A stretch of 64,000 bases of DNA from Deinococcus sp. (GCA_965261005.1 OZ253375.1:64001-128000), one strand, 5' to 3'. Positions 10,822 to 23,108 are shown, counted from the first letter of the stretch. The notes: generated by a model not told the origin, from the sequence alone. A program made the numbers and translations.

Positions 10822-11475
10822 ATGACCGCCACCGCGCACCTTCAGGCGCTGGGCCTGACCGAGTACGAGGCGCGCGGCTACACCGCCCTGCTCTCGCTGG
10901 GCCGCGCCGCCCCCGCCCGCATCGCGCGCCAAGCCGGCATTCCGCGCCCCAAGGTCTACGAAACCCTGCAACGTCTGGAGGCGCGCGGTTTGGCCGCCCG
11001 CGTGAACGAGACGCCGCTGGAATACTCCCCCCTCTCGGCGCGCGAGTACCTGACCCGCGCCCGCCGCGCCTTTGACGGCCGCTTGGAGGCGCTGGAGCGC
11101 GACCTCTCGCGCTTGGCCCCTGACGCCGCCCCCGAGGCGGTCTACGCGCTGCGCGGCGACGCGGCCGTGAGCGCGCTGTGCGAGACGCTGGCCCTGGGCG
11201 CGAGGGGGGAGCTGTTTCTGGGCGGGGACGGCGACTTGGCAGCCCACCTGGAGCAGCTCACGCCGCGCGGCGTGCGGGTCGTGAGAAGCACTTTGTCGGA
11301 CGCCCCCCCCATCGCCGCCCCCGGCCAACTCCCGCTGCTGCTCGCCCGTGACAGCGAGGCCGCCGTGGTGGCCCACTTCAGCGGGGGGCGCGAGGCCCAC
11401 GCCGTTCACAGCCACAACCCGCTGATCGTGCGCCTGGTGGAGGGGTTCGTGTCGCTGGCGCGCGGGGGGGGCTGA
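10822..11475 (+). CDS. TrmB-family transcriptional regulator
   Basis: LGLTEYEARGY...IPRPKVYETLQRLEARGL. Confidence 0.88.
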   Translation: MTATAHLQALGLTEYEARGYTALLSLGRAAPARIARQAGIPRPKVYETLQRLEARGLAARVNETPLEYSPLSAREYLTRARRAFDGRLEALERDLSRLAPDAAPEAVYALRGDAAVSALCETLALGARGELFLGGDGDLAAHLEQLTPRGVRVVRSTLSDAPPIAAPGQLPLLLARDSEAAVVAHFSGGREAHAVHSHNPLIVRLVEGFVSLARGGG

Positions 11476-11484
11476 GGGTAACCT

Positions 11485-12006
11485 CTACAACACCAATTCG
11501 ACTTTGAGCTGGGCGCCCACGGCGTCCGCCACGCGCTGAAGGGTGGTGACGCTGTGGCCGAAGTAGAACGGATCGGTTAGGCGCGTCGCCTGGGCGCGGT
11601 GGACGCCCAGCCGGCGCGCGAGTTCGGCACGGTTCATCCCCATCTTCTGGAGCAGGCGCTCGATCTCTAGGCTGATAGGATTTACCGGCGCCGGTTCGAG
11701 CCACACCAACTCGTCGTCGGGGTGTTCTCTTACGACGTCGGCCTCTTTGCTTAACGGGGGCGGCACGGGCAGACCATACTCCTCGAAGTGCAACTGTGAA
11801 AGGGCCATGCCCTCTCGCAAGCTCTCGATCACGGCTTCCCGACTTGGTTTGCTGACCACATTCGCGCTGAGATCAAGGCAATAGCCTCCGTAAGAAACGT
11901 GGCCGTCAGCGTGGGTCTCGCGCTCGATCACGCAAAGATAGTTCATGTTTGAGTTCTTTCGAGACGAAGAAGTATTCCATGCTGAATAGTGAATACTTTT
12001 CAGCAT
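11485..12006 (-). CDS. hicB: HicB-like antitoxin with C-terminal XRE HTH (alternative start at 11946)
   Basis: NYLCVIE...SYGGYCLDL...SLREGM...GLPVPPP HicB fold; RAELARRLGV HTH. Confidence 0.75.
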   Translation of the reverse strand: MLKSIHYSAWNTSSSRKNSNMNYLCVIERETHADGHVSYGGYCLDLSANVVSKPSREAVIESLREGMALSQLHFEEYGLPVPPPLSKEADVVREHPDDELVWLEPAPVNPISLEIERLLQKMGMNRAELARRLGVHRAQATRLTDPFYFGHSVTTLQRVADAVGAQLKVELVL

Positions 12007-12013
12007 GGCCTCC

Positions 12014-12238
12014 TTACCGGAAATCTTTCTCGTCTAGTCTAGCTTGTCTCAACATCGCCTTGAAGGTGCCGATTTTGGGAGGGTCTTGTCCGGGATCAAG
12101 GATACACAACCGTGTTGGATCGTTTGGGTGAAACCAAATCTCGTGGTCGCCTTTGCCCCGTTGAGACCGTTTTTCAAAGCCATGTTGAGCGAGGTAGCTG
12201 CGGAACTTACGGACTGATGGAATGGTGAGTTTCGCCAT
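12014..12238 (-). CDS. hicA: HicA-like mRNA interferase toxin
   Basis: 74 aa basic protein; GF...RGKGDHEIW.HP; KIGTFKAMLRQARL. Confidence 0.82.
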   Translation of the reverse strand: MAKLTIPSVRKFRSYLAQHGFEKRSQRGKGDHEIWFHPNDPTRLCILDPGQDPPKIGTFKAMLRQARLDEKDFR

Positions 12239-12293
12239 GTCTGTTTACTTAACGGTTTATGACCTCCTTCGGCGCAGTCAAGCTCCTCAAAAT

Positions 12294-12322
12294 ATGTTAC
12301 GAAAAAACGCAACGAGGGTCAA
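12294..12322 (-). promoter_or_regulatory. Sigma70-type promoter of hicAB with overlapping inverted repeat
   Basis: Minus strand TTGACC-17 nt-TAACAT; inverted repeat GTTACG-N6-CGCAAC at 12296-12313. Confidence 0.6.
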
Positions 12323-12409
12323 GATGCGGTGAGACTGACCACTGGCCCCTTAACCCATGTCGCCGTACACCAATATCAGCGCCACGGTGTATTTTGGGGC
12401 ATTCGGCGT

Positions 12410-13339
12410 TCAGTCCAAGGCGACCTTCTCCAGCGCCTCCAGCGGCCCGAAGATCAGCGACTGGTGCAGCGAGGCGCCCGCCCATACGCCATCGGCGGCG
12501 GCCATAGAAGCGTTGCCGACGCGCGGCGTGATGTCGCCCGCCGCGTAGACGCCCGGCACGGTTGTCTGCTTAAACGCGTCCGTCGTCAGGAGTGGCCCCT
12601 GCGGGCCGGCCTCGGAGGCGCAGCCGAGCTGTTCGGCAATGTCGCTGGCGGGCCGGATGTGCGACCCCAGAAACAAAGCGTCAAGCGCGATCAGGCGGTC
12701 ATCCTCCAGGCGAACGCCGTTCAGCGCCGGGGCGTCGCCCTCCAAGCGCACAACTTTGCCAGGCTCAACGGTGACGCCGCGTTCGGCGAACTTCGACAAC
12801 GTGGCGGCGTCCGGCTGGGAAGCGCCGTTCAGCAAGAAGGTGACCGGCCCCCAATCCGAGATCAAGAGCGCCTGATGCGTGGAGAAAGGGCTGACGCTCA
12901 GCACGCCCAGCCGCTCGCCCCGCACCTCGTAGCCGTGGCAGTAGGGGCAGTGCAAGACCGTCTGTCCCCAGCGCTCTATCAAGCCGGGAATGTCCGGTAG
13001 GAGGTCCACCACGCCGTAGGCCAGCAGCAGCTTTCTGGCCTGGAGCGTCTCGCCGGAAGCGAGGGTGATTCTAAAATGGTCGCCCTCTGACCGCGCCCCC
13101 GTCGCCAGGACGTCCATCAAAGTCACATTGGGGTAGGCGGCGAGGTCGGCACGCGCCCTGGAGATCATCTGACGTGGGGCCTGCCCGTCCTGGCCGAAAA
13201 AGCCGTGCGAGTGGGCGGCGAAGCGGTTGCGCGGCTGGCCGCCGTCGAGAATGCAGACGGGACGGCCGCTGCGGGCGATCTGCATCGCGCCGGACAGCCC
13301 GGCGTAGCTGCCGCCGATCACGAGGGCGTCATACAGCAT
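12410..13339 (-). CDS. TrxB-like NAD(P)/FAD-dependent oxidoreductase
   Basis: IGGSYAGLS, HCPYCHGYE, TTVPGVYAAGD. Confidence 0.9.
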   Translation of the reverse strand: MLYDALVIGGSYAGLSGAMQIARSGRPVCILDGGQPRNRFAAHSHGFFGQDGQAPRQMISRARADLAAYPNVTLMDVLATGARSEGDHFRITLASGETLQARKLLLAYGVVDLLPDIPGLIERWGQTVLHCPYCHGYEVRGERLGVLSVSPFSTHQALLISDWGPVTFLLNGASQPDAATLSKFAERGVTVEPGKVVRLEGDAPALNGVRLEDDRLIALDALFLGSHIRPASDIAEQLGCASEAGPQGPLLTTDAFKQTTVPGVYAAGDITPRVGNASMAAADGVWAGASLHQSLIFGPLEALEKVALD

Positions 13340-13790
13340 GAGTGCTCTCCTTGGGGCAATTTGAAAACGGTTGGCGTTGGCGCTTGAAGTCAGTTGCCAG
13401 GGCGGCGAGGGTCAGGGTGCCCAGCCGCGCGGCGATCAGGGCCTCGGCTTCCCGCAGGGTGTCGCCCAAAGTTACGTTGACGGCCCGTTCGATCAGGCAG
13501 CTGGGATTGTCGGAGCGGTTGCCGATGGCGAACAGGGTCGGGGAGCCGAGGGCGCGGTAGACGTCGAGCAGGGTGGTCTGGGCCGGGTCGCGGGCGAGGC
13601 GCCAGCCGCCCCCGTGGCCCTTTTCCGAGGTGACGATGCCGGCGTCGCGCAGACCGGCCATGGTGCGGCGCACAACCACGGGGTTGGTGTCCAGGGCGGT
13701 GGCGAGCCGCTCTGAGGGGATGGCCGCCTCGGCTTCCATCAGGTGCAGGAGAAGGTGGAGCACGCCGGAAAGCCGGCTATCGAGGTTCAT
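13329..13790 (-). CDS. Rrf2-family transcriptional regulator
   Basis: SERLATALDTNPVVVRR...SEKGHGGGWRLARDP...TLLDVY. Confidence 0.92.
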   Translation of the reverse strand: MNLDSRLSGVLHLLLHLMEAEAAIPSERLATALDTNPVVVRRTMAGLRDAGIVTSEKGHGGGWRLARDPAQTTLLDVYRALGSPTLFAIGNRSDNPSCLIERAVNVTLGDTLREAEALIAARLGTLTLAALATDFKRQRQPFSNCPKESTHAV

Positions 13791-13828
13791 GACACTTCAA
13801 CTGTTGCATGATGAATGAGGGCTGTCAA
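13788..13828 (-). promoter_or_regulatory. Candidate Rrf2 autoregulatory operator and promoter
   Basis: Imperfect palindrome CATGcaAC-N7-GTgtCATG (13788-13810) covering the ATG; TTGACA at 13823-13828. Confidence 0.5.
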
Positions 13829-13849
13829 GGCCGCGTCGCACGAACGCCC

Positions 13850-14071
13850 TCAGTAGAATGGGCACCTGCCCGTTTCTTCCTGCGGGTAGAGGTTCGGCCG
13901 CACGTCGCGGTCCTGGTAACGGCGGTGATACACGGGCGTCGTCGTGGGCGATCTCGTTTTCGACCTCCACAATTCTCGTCCCAACACCCGGCCATGCCCG
14001 CTCCCGGTAAGCCTGCTCCAAAATGCGACGGCCTTCGACTCAAGCCGGGTCGGTTCTGTTCTGACGGTCAC
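13850..14071 (-). pseudogene. nos: Nitric oxide synthase oxygenase remnant (N- and C-termini only)
   Basis: KAVAF(L)EQAYRE...TRIVEVENEIA resembles the bNOS N-terminal helices; SPTTTPVYHRRYQDRDVRPNLYPQ...RCPF resembles the bNOS C-terminus; heme core absent. Confidence 0.65.
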
Positions 14072-14168
14072 CCCGCAGTCTTATGTTCCAGGCCAAAAGA
14101 AATGTCCTGCCCTGAGTGTTCCCAACGCCGTGACAAGCCCGCACGTCTCGCCCGCCTTACGCTGACCC

Positions 14169-14546
14169 ATGATCCTCGGCCTCGACCACGTGCAAATCTG
14201 CGCGCCGCCCAGCTGCGAGGAGGACGCGCGGCGCTTTTTCGGCGGCTTCCTCGGCCTGCCCGAATTGCAAAAGCCCGCGCCCCTCGTGCCGAACGGCGGC
14301 GCCTGGTTCGCCCTGCCGGACGGGCGGCAGCTGCACGTCGGGGTGGAGCGCGACTTTATCCCGGCCGCAAAGGCGCACCCCTGTTTGCGCTGCGCGGACT
14401 TGGACGCCGTGCTGGAGCGCGCCCAACGGTTTGGCATTCCCGCCGAACTCGACACCCGCCTGCCGCTGCGCCGCCTCTATCTGAGCGACCCGTGGGGCAA
14501 CCGCTGGGAGGTCGTGCAGGGTCTTCACCCGGGCGAACTTCTCTAG
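14169..14546 (+). CDS. VOC/glyoxalase family protein
   Basis: LDHVQI, ARRFFGGFLGL, GAWF, QLHVG, KAHPC, DPWGNRWE. Confidence 0.9.
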   Translation: MILGLDHVQICAPPSCEEDARRFFGGFLGLPELQKPAPLVPNGGAWFALPDGRQLHVGVERDFIPAAKAHPCLRCADLDAVLERAQRFGIPAELDTRLPLRRLYLSDPWGNRWEVVQGLHPGELL

Positions 14547-14555
14547 AATGTCCGC

Positions 14556-15325
14556 ATGACCACCCCCACAACTGCCGTGTCCCGCGCCGACCTGGCGCGC
14601 TGGCTGGACGACTACCTTCAGATCAAGCGCTATCCCGACCCCAGCAACAACGGGCTGCAAATCGAGGGCAAGCCCGAGGTGAGACGCGTGGCCGTCGCCG
14701 TGGACGCCGCGCTTCAGACCATCGAGGAGGCGGCCGAGTCGGGCGCCGACCTGCTGATCGTTCACCACGGTCTGTTCTGGGGCGACCCGCTGATGTTGAG
14801 CGGGCCGTACGGGAGGCGGGTCAAAGCCGCAATGGAGGCCGGCCTCAACCTCTACGCCGCCCACATTCCCCTGGACGCTCACCCCGAGGTGGGCAACAAT
14901 GCCGTGCTGGCCCAGGCCCTCAGCTTGCAACATCCAGAGCCGTTCGGTGAGTTTGCCGGGCACAAGATCGGCCTGAAGGGTGAGCTGCCCTTTCCCCTGA
15001 GCGTGCAGGACTTCGCGGACCGGGTGCAGAAGCTGACGGGGGAGATCTGCCTGGTCCACGGCGGCGGCCCCGGCGAGGTGCGCCGGCTGGGCGTCGTGTC
15101 CGGCTCCGGCTCCGGGGAGATTGCGGCGGCGGCGCGCGAGGGCCTGGACACCCTGCTGACGGGGGAACCCAAGCACCAGCACTTCCACGACGCCTTTGAA
15201 TACGGCGTCAACACCATTTACGCCGGCCACTACGAGACCGAGACCTTCGGCGTGCGCGCCTTGGCGACCAAGATCGAGGAGACCTTCGGGTTGCCGTGGC
15301 AGTTCATTCACGTGCCGACGGGATT

Positions 15326-15329
<4 letters not shown>
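14556..15329 (+). CDS. Nif3-like dinuclear metal protein (DUF34)
   Basis: NGLQIEG, VHHGLFW, AHIPLDAHPEVGNN, AGHYETE. Confidence 0.93.
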
Positions 15330-15955
<626 letters not shown>

Positions 15956-15964
<9 letters not shown>

Positions 15965-16729
15965 CGAGCCAGGCAGCCTCACCTCGAACAGGGTCGGCCA
16001 CCTTTTGCCGGTCACGAACAGCCGGCCGGTTCCCGCGTCGTAGGCGATGCCGTTCGGCACGTCGTCGCTGCCCCTGCCCGGAATGCTGGCCGAGAGCTTT
16101 GAGAGGTCGTACCAAGCGGTGACTTGGCCGCTCTGCGGGTCAATGCGCGCGACGCGGTCGGTCAGCCAGATGTTGGCGAGAATGGCGCCTTTCACGTACT
16201 CCAGCTCGTTGAGGTTGTCCACCGGCTTGCCGCCGGCCGTCACCTTGAGCTGGCGCACGACCTCGAAGCTGCCCGGCTTGTGAAAGGTCAGGGTGCTGCT
16301 GCCGTCGCTGCGAATCAGGTTGGTGCCGTCCTGCGTGAGGCCCCAGCCCTCGGTTGCGTAATTAAAAGTCCGCAGCGGCTTAAAGCTGGCCTCGTCGTAG
16401 ACGTAGCCCAGCTTGGTGGTCCAGGTCAGCTGGTACAAGAGGCCCCCGAGGGACGCCAGCCCCTCGCCGAACAGGTTGGGCGCCAGGGCGCGGCGGCGCA
16501 GCACCTTGCCGGTGTTCAGGTCCACCTCGCGCAGCTCGGACTGTCCCTCCAGGCCGGTGCTTTCGAACAGGGCGCCGTCCTGAAACAGCAGTCCCTCGGT
16601 GAAGGCGGCCGGGTCGTGCGGATAGCTTTTGACCACCTCCACCGGGTAAACCGGGATGGCGGCGTTCTGGGCGTCTGCGCAGCCGAGCAGGCCGAGACAA
16701 GCCAGGATTGAAAACAGCGGACGGGTCAT
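15956..16729 (-). CDS. Glutaminyl-peptide cyclotransferase (lipoprotein)
   Basis: YPHDPAAFTEGL, ESTG, FGEGL, EGWGL, LNELE, VTGKRW; lipobox LLGC. Confidence 0.92.
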
Positions 16730-16831
16730 CCCGGCATGATAGCGGCAGCCCCCAGTTGCCGAGGGCCGGTCAGTTTCAGAGAGATAGCGTTTTCAACGCA
16801 GAAGGTACACTCGAAGCGAAAGGAGCGCTTC

Positions 16832-17644
16832 ATGTTCTTAGTTGCCCACCTCAGCGACCTGCACCTCGACGGAAGCCCGCGCACACATGAGCGCCTGCTG
16901 GCAGTCGGCCGGGCGCTCGCCGCTCTCAAGAGGGCGCCTGACTTGATCGTCGTCACCGGCGACCTCGTCGAAGGAAAGGGCGAGCCGGGGGCAGAGTACG
17001 CCTTCTTGCGAAATGTCCTTGACAGCGGGACGCCGACCTTTTTCTGCCCCGGAAACCACGACGACCGGGCCGTCTTTCGTCGAGAGTTGCTGCCCGACCG
17101 CTCAGCCGCTCCACACGCCCCCATCAATCAAAAAGCGAAGGTGGGCGCCGCCACGCTGCTGCTGCTCGACAGCAGCGTGCCCGGCGAAGATTACGGCACG
17201 CTCACTCCCGAGACGCTTCTGTGGCTATCCCACCAACTGCTCGCCCTGCCGAGCGGCGAACCCGTCCTGATCGCGCTTCACCACCCGCCCATAGCCATCC
17301 TGCACCCGTCCATAGACGCCATCGGTCTGCGCGACCCCGAACGTCTGGTAGCCGTACTTCGGCGGTATCCCCACACAGCCGCCCTGCTCTGCGGCCATAC
17401 ACACACTGCCAGCGCGACGGAACTGGCCTCGACTTGGCCTGTCCGCGTCGCGCCCGGCATCTCCTCCTCGTTGCGCTTCCCGTGGGAAACCGGCGACGCA
17501 AGGCCCTTGGTATGGGATGAGTTGGCCCCGCCGGGCCTCGCGTTTCACGTCTTTGACGATCAATGGTGCTGCACGACCCACTTCCGCACTGTGGAGGAGT
17601 CGCCGCCTTATTCGGCGTCCAGCACGAAGGCGGCCGAGTCGTAG
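16832..17644 (+). CDS. Icc/CpdA-like metallophosphoesterase
   Basis: SDLH, TGDL, PGNHD, HHPP, GHTH; AAAGGAG RBS. Confidence 0.9.
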   Translation: MFLVAHLSDLHLDGSPRTHERLLAVGRALAALKRAPDLIVVTGDLVEGKGEPGAEYAFLRNVLDSGTPTFFCPGNHDDRAVFRRELLPDRSAAPHAPINQKAKVGAATLLLLDSSVPGEDYGTLTPETLLWLSHQLLALPSGEPVLIALHHPPIAILHPSIDAIGLRDPERLVAVLRRYPHTAALLCGHTHTASATELASTWPVRVAPGISSSLRFPWETGDARPLVWDELAPPGLAFHVFDDQWCCTTHFRTVEESPPYSASSTKAAES

Positions 17645-17985
17645 TAGGTGCGGAACTTCTTGACCTTGCCGCCCTCCACCTCGATGATGCTGACGCCGGG
17701 ATACTCGATGGGGCGGCCGTTTTTGAGTTTCCCTTTGGAGGTCCACTCCATCACGCCGCTCTCGTCGTCGTCGGTCTGGTGGAAGAACTCGGAGCGAATC
17801 TCCCGAAAGTCGTCCAGGTAGCGCTGCCAAAATTGGCGCGCCCCGTCCATCCCCTTGTGAACGTGTGGGGTAAGGTTCTGCGAGGTCGAGTCCTCAGCGT
17901 AGAGGGCCAGGATGGGGGCGGGGTCCTTGCTCTGCTCGGCTTGCTGAAGCGCCTGCATGAACTGTTGGGTCACGGTTTTGGGCAT
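17608..17985 (-). CDS. SnoaL/NTF2-like protein
   Basis: LYAED...G.DGARQFW...MEW...GVSIIEVEGGKVKKFRTYYD. Confidence 0.85.
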   Translation of the reverse strand: MPKTVTQQFMQALQQAEQSKDPAPILALYAEDSTSQNLTPHVHKGMDGARQFWQRYLDDFREIRSEFFHQTDDDESGVMEWTSKGKLKNGRPIEYPGVSIIEVEGGKVKKFRTYYDSAAFVLDAE

Positions 17986-18049
17986 GGCTCAGCACAGCAT
18001 GAGGCCGGATGGGGTGGCTGAACGTTACCTTGACGCCGCCTTGGGACTG

Positions 18050-19144
18050 TCAGCCGAGGAACCTTCGCGCCGCCGCCCTCACCGACTCATGCGGGTCGCG
18101 CTCCAAAGCCGTCAGCGCGGCTTTTTCTCCGAACTGTCCCAGCGCCCAAGTTGCCGCCTCGCGCACCTCCCAAGCGTCGTCCCGCGCGGCCAGCCCCAGC
18201 AGCGGGCGCCCGATCTCGCTTCGGGTGTTGCCGATGACATAACAGGCGTTGCGGGCCATCCCCTTGCGGCGCGGCCGGGCGAAGGCCGTGCCCGCATACC
18301 GCTTGTCGAACTGTCGGTTGCTGAGGGTGAAAAAGGGCGTCAGGTCGGGATGGGCCAGCTCGGGATCGGCCTTGAGCGCGCGGGCGACGGCCCCCACCTT
18401 CACGCTCCAGGGGCAGACCTCGGTGCAGCCGTCGCAGCCGAACAGCCAGTCGCCCACTCCTGGCCGCAGGTCCCAGGCGACCGGCCCCCGGTGCTCGATG
18501 GTGAGGTACGAGACGCAGCGCCGCGCATCTATGGTCCGGTCCGGCAAAATCGCCCCGGTCGGGCAGGCGCTGATGCAGCGGGTACAGCGCCCACAGCGGT
18601 CGGGGTGGGGGGCGCCGTCCTCCTCGTGTGGCAAGTCGGTCAGCAGCACGGCCAGCGTCATAAAGGCGCCCAGTTGCGTGCTGACCAGCATCCCGCTCTT
18701 CGCGCGCCATCCTAAAAAGGCCCCGCTGGCCAGCAGCCGCTCCATCACCGGGCCGTGGTCCACGTACCCGCGCGCCCGCAGGCCGAGGGCCGCCGCCTCT
18801 TCCTCCAAGCGGTGCAGCAACGGCTCCAGCTGCGTGTGGTAATCGGGCGTCCAGGCGTAGCGGGCTACCCGGCCCAGCCGCACGCCACCGGGGGGCACGG
18901 GCAAGTCTTCAAAGGCGTGCGAGATGCCGAGGGCCAGCACACCCCGCGCGCCCGGCAGGCGGCCCTTCAGATCGGCGCGCCGGGGCAATTGCCGCTCCAG
19001 GTAATCCATCCCGGCGTGCCGCCCCGCCCTCAGCCAGCCCGCGTACTCGTCCACCGCCGCCGCTGGAACGTCGGCCACCGCCCAGCCGGCCACGTCGAAG
19101 CCGAGGCTCAGGGCGGCCTCGCGCAGGGTGTCGGCGGCGTTCAC
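18050..19144 (-). CDS. queG: Epoxyqueuosine reductase
   Basis: HAGMDYL, VARYAW..DYH, CGRCTRCISACPTGA, CVSYLTIE, FGCDGCTEVCPW. Confidence 0.93.
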   Translation of the reverse strand: MNAADTLREAALSLGFDVAGWAVADVPAAAVDEYAGWLRAGRHAGMDYLERQLPRRADLKGRLPGARGVLALGISHAFEDLPVPPGGVRLGRVARYAWTPDYHTQLEPLLHRLEEEAAALGLRARGYVDHGPVMERLLASGAFLGWRAKSGMLVSTQLGAFMTLAVLLTDLPHEEDGAPHPDRCGRCTRCISACPTGAILPDRTIDARRCVSYLTIEHRGPVAWDLRPGVGDWLFGCDGCTEVCPWSVKVGAVARALKADPELAHPDLTPFFTLSNRQFDKRYAGTAFARPRRKGMARNACYVIGNTRSEIGRPLLGLAARDDAWEVREAATWALGQFGEKAALTALERDPHESVRAAARRFLG

Positions 19145-19234
19145 GCCGGCTATTCTGGCGGTTTCACGGCCAGCACAAGGTAACAACGAACTGTAAGAGA
19201 AGTGTGAGCCTGGTAAAGCTAAGGTGAAGCCACC

Positions 19235-20317
<1,083 letters not shown>

Positions 20318-20319
20318 TG

Positions 20320-20366
20320 CCCCCCTCCCCGGCCCTCCCCCCCTTGCGGGGGGAGGGAGAAAAGAC
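20320..20366 (+). repeat. Palindromic intergenic repeat, copy 1
   Basis: CCCCCTCCCCGGCCCTCCCCCCC-TTGC-GGGGGGAGGGAGAAAAGAC; related copies at 58385 and 60433. Confidence 0.85.
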
Positions 20367-20386
20367 CGTCTACAGCGCTTAACAAC

Positions 20387-21298
20387 CTACTTCCCGCCCC
20401 TGACCGCCTCCAGCAGCTGTCCCGCCGCCTCCAGGGCGCTCGGGCCGAGCGGGCTGCGCTCCAAACCCAGCAAGGTGCTGAGGCGTTCGCGTTTGGCGGC
20501 GCTGAGGTGGGTCCAGCCGGCCAGGTCGGCGGCGTGGGTGTGGGCGGCCTCGTCGCGCAACAGGCGCACGGCGCCGTCGTAATAGCCGGCCTGAAAGGCG
20601 GCGCGGGCGCGCTTTTCTTGTTCGAGTAAGCCCAGGCCGCGCGTCGCCAGCAAGACCCGGCGGGCCTCGTCCTCGCCGCCGAAGCCGTAGAGGCGGTCGA
20701 GCAGGTACACGCTCCTGGGAAAGCGCAACCCGGCCGCCGCGCGCCAAGCGTGCGGCAAGCGGATTTCGAACTCGGGCCAAGCGTGCAGGTAGGTCAGCAG
20801 GGCGGGGTAAAGCTGACCGAGCGCCACCTCACGCGCGCCGACCAAGGCGAGCAGCTGCCCGGCGCTGCCCGTTCCCAACCGGGCCACCTGACCGGCCAGC
20901 GCCTCCAGCCGCTCCCGCGCGCCCTCAAGCAGTTCCGAGCGGTAGGCGGCCAGCCGTTCCTCCGGCAGCGACCACAGCATCTTCTGAATGCGGCCGTAGT
21001 AGCCGGTCGGGTCGTAGGCCACGCGCGAGGTCGCCAGCAGCGCGAGGGGCGCCGCGTCACGCGCCGCGTCCCAATCGCGCCACTCTTCCAGCTTCTCATA
21101 GGGAAAGCGCTCCAGCGTCAAACCGGCGCGCGTTTCTACCTGCCGGGACAGCGGGCCGCGCTCGAAGACCACCAAGGTTGGCAGACTGCCCGCCCAGACG
21201 TGTTCGGTGCCGTAGCTGCCCGCCCAGGCGGCGGCGCGCACCTTGCGCTCCGAGATCAGGCGGGACAGCAGCTTGTCCGGCTCGGTCGGCGGGTTCAA
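20387..21298 (-). CDS. Hypothetical protein, possible degenerate nucleotidyltransferase
   Basis: 303-aa ORF co-oriented after her[12 protein letters not shown]...GSLPTLVV resembles the polB-type NTase GS motif without DxD. Confidence 0.6.
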   Translation of the reverse strand: MNPPTEPDKLLSRLISERKVRAAAWAGSYGTEHVWAGSLPTLVVFERGPLSRQVETRAGLTLERFPYEKLEEWRDWDAARDAAPLALLATSRVAYDPTGYYGRIQKMLWSLPEERLAAYRSELLEGARERLEALAGQVARLGTGSAGQLLALVGAREVALGQLYPALLTYLHAWPEFEIRLPHAWRAAAGLRFPRSVYLLDRLYGFGGEDEARRVLLATRGLGLLEQEKRARAAFQAGYYDGAVRLLRDEAAHTHAADLAGWTHLSAAKRERLSTLLGLERSPLGPSALEAAGQLLEAVRGGK

Positions 21299-21313
21299 GA
21301 ACGTGTTGCCTTC

Positions 21314-21343
21314 ACAAGCCCAGCCATTACAAGCCCAGCCACT
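21314..21343. repeat. 15-bp tandem duplication spanning the herA stop
   Basis: ACAAGCCCAGCCATT ACAAGCCCAGCCACT. Confidence 0.85.
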
Positions 21344-23108
21344 CGCTCGCCTCGCCCTCGACCTCTGCCTGTTCCGTCGCCACCGCCACCTCGTCCCCCC
21401 TGGTCGCGTAGGCGGGAAAGGGAAACTTGACCAGCACCGGGGCGGGCAACTCGGGCTGGCTGACCAGCATGCTGCCGGGCTGAAGAATGCCGGCGCGCAG
21501 CCGAAAGCTCTGCGGCAAAAAGCGGTACTCGGGCCGCTCGGCCTCGGCGGGGTCGAGGCGCCCGACCACCCGGATGGCGGCGTTCCCCACCACGCGCCGC
21601 TCCACCTCGCTGGCGGTCTGCTGCGCCCCGATCAGGATGATGCCGAGGCTGCGCCCGCGTTCGGCGATGTCGAGCAGTACGTCCTTGATGGGGCTGTCGC
21701 CGTCGCGCGGCGCGTACTTGTTCAGCTCGTCGAGGACGATGAAGACGGGGTTTTTGTCGCCGGTGCGCTCCTTGAACTCGAAGAGGTCCTTGAGCATGGC
21801 GCCCACCACGAACATCTGCGCGTGCGCGTTGAGGGTGTGAATGTCGGTCACGGTCAGCTGCACGCCCGCGCGGCGCGGGTTGGGAAAGGAGGCGTCGGCC
21901 TGCTGGCGGCTGGCGTCGCCGCGAATCAGGGGGGCGAGGTGCTTTTGCACCCCGCGCAGTCGGCGCACAAAGGCCTGAATCGAGGCTGGGTTCTGCTTGT
22001 TCACCCACTTGGGGTCGCCTGCGCCGTCGTTCTGGCCCAGCAACTTATACTCGACGTAGGCGACCAATTGCCGAAAGGTCTTGATCTTGGTCTTGCCCAA
22101 GTCGGCGAAGTCGAGGCCCAGCTCGGCAGCCTCCAGGTCGTCCTCTTGCTCCCAGTCTCCAACCGTGACGTGGGGCGTGTCGCGCTCGTCGAGGGTCAGC
22201 CGGAACAGCTTGTCCTCAATCGCGCCGATGATAAAGCCCAGGTTCAGGCTGCTGCCCACGTCGGCGAAGCAAAAGGGCAACAGCCGCTGACGGCAAAAGT
22301 CGCGCAGCGTCCAGAAGTACGCCGTAATGCCGCCCGAACGCCCCCCGGTGTCGGGTACGATGACGTCCCTCCCCGGCCTCGGCGGCGCCAGCAGCTGTAC
22401 ATCCTGAAACGGCCGCTTGGGCAGGCCCAGCGCCGCGTAGCGGTCGTGGGGACCGGCCTCCTTTTCGCTCAGGCGCGCATTGGGTAAGTCCAGGAACAGC
22501 AAGTCCTCGCCCTTGACGTTGAAGATCAGCGCCCGCGCATTCGCGCGCCCCACGCCCAGGGCCTCCGAGTTGAAGATGGCGTGCAGCAGGAAGAGGGCGT
22601 AGCTGGTCTTGGTTGCCACCCCTGACACGCCCGAGATGTTGACGTGCGCGCCGCTCTTGCCGTTCAGAAAGTCGAAGTTGAGCTGGAGGGCGCCCCCCCC
22701 CGGCAGCAGACCGGCTGGCAGCCGGGGCACGTCCGCCTTGTCTTGGTAAAGGGCCATGCGGAAGTCCTCGCCCTCGGCAAGCGCCACGAGATCGCCCGGC
22801 TGCGGCGGGACGAACTCCTCGGGGTCGAGGCGGATCACGCGTACATGGGCGCTGTAGGCGGTGTTGACCGGCAGCACGCCGGCCTGCACGTCCTCCACGT
22901 CGCTCTCGAAGGTCACGCCCTCGTGCCTTTTGAGGACCTCGTCCACCATGCCGAAGTACGCCACGGCCCCGCCATCCGGCTTGCGCGTGCGCGCAACGAC
23001 CACGTCGTCGAGGCGCACCAGCTGGCCCGGCGCCACCAGGAACCAGAACTCGTAGGGCGTGGTGGGCTGGGTGCCGAGAACCGTGCCGATGGGGCCAGGG
23101 CCGATCAA
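21327..23108 (-). CDS. herA: HerA-family ATPase
   Basis: N-terminal HAS-barrel-like region, [43 protein letters not shown]. Confidence 0.88.
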   Translation of the reverse strand: MIGPGPIGTVLGTQPTTPYEFWFLVAPGQLVRLDDVVVARTRKPDGGAVAYFGMVDEVLKRHEGVTFESDVEDVQAGVLPVNTAYSAHVRVIRLDPEEFVPPQPGDLVALAEGEDFRMALYQDKADVPRLPAGLLPGGGALQLNFDFLNGKSGAHVNISGVSGVATKTSYALFLLHAIFNSEALGVGRANARALIFNVKGEDLLFLDLPNARLSEKEAGPHDRYAALGLPKRPFQDVQLLAPPRPGRDVIVPDTGGRSGGITAYFWTLRDFCRQRLLPFCFADVGSSLNLGFIIGAIEDKLFRLTLDERDTPHVTVGDWEQEDDLEAAELGLDFADLGKTKIKTFRQLVAYVEYKLLGQNDGAGDPKWVNKQNPASIQAFVRRLRGVQKHLAPLIRGDASRQQADASFPNPRRAGVQLTVTDIHTLNAHAQMFVVGAMLKDLFEFKERTGDKNPVFIVLDELNKYAPRDGDSPIKDVLLDIAERGRSLGIILIGAQQTASEVERRVVGNAAIRVVGRLDPAEAERPEYRFLPQSFRLRAGILQPGSMLVSQPELPAPVLVKFPFPAYATRGDEVAVATEQAEVEGEASEWLGL

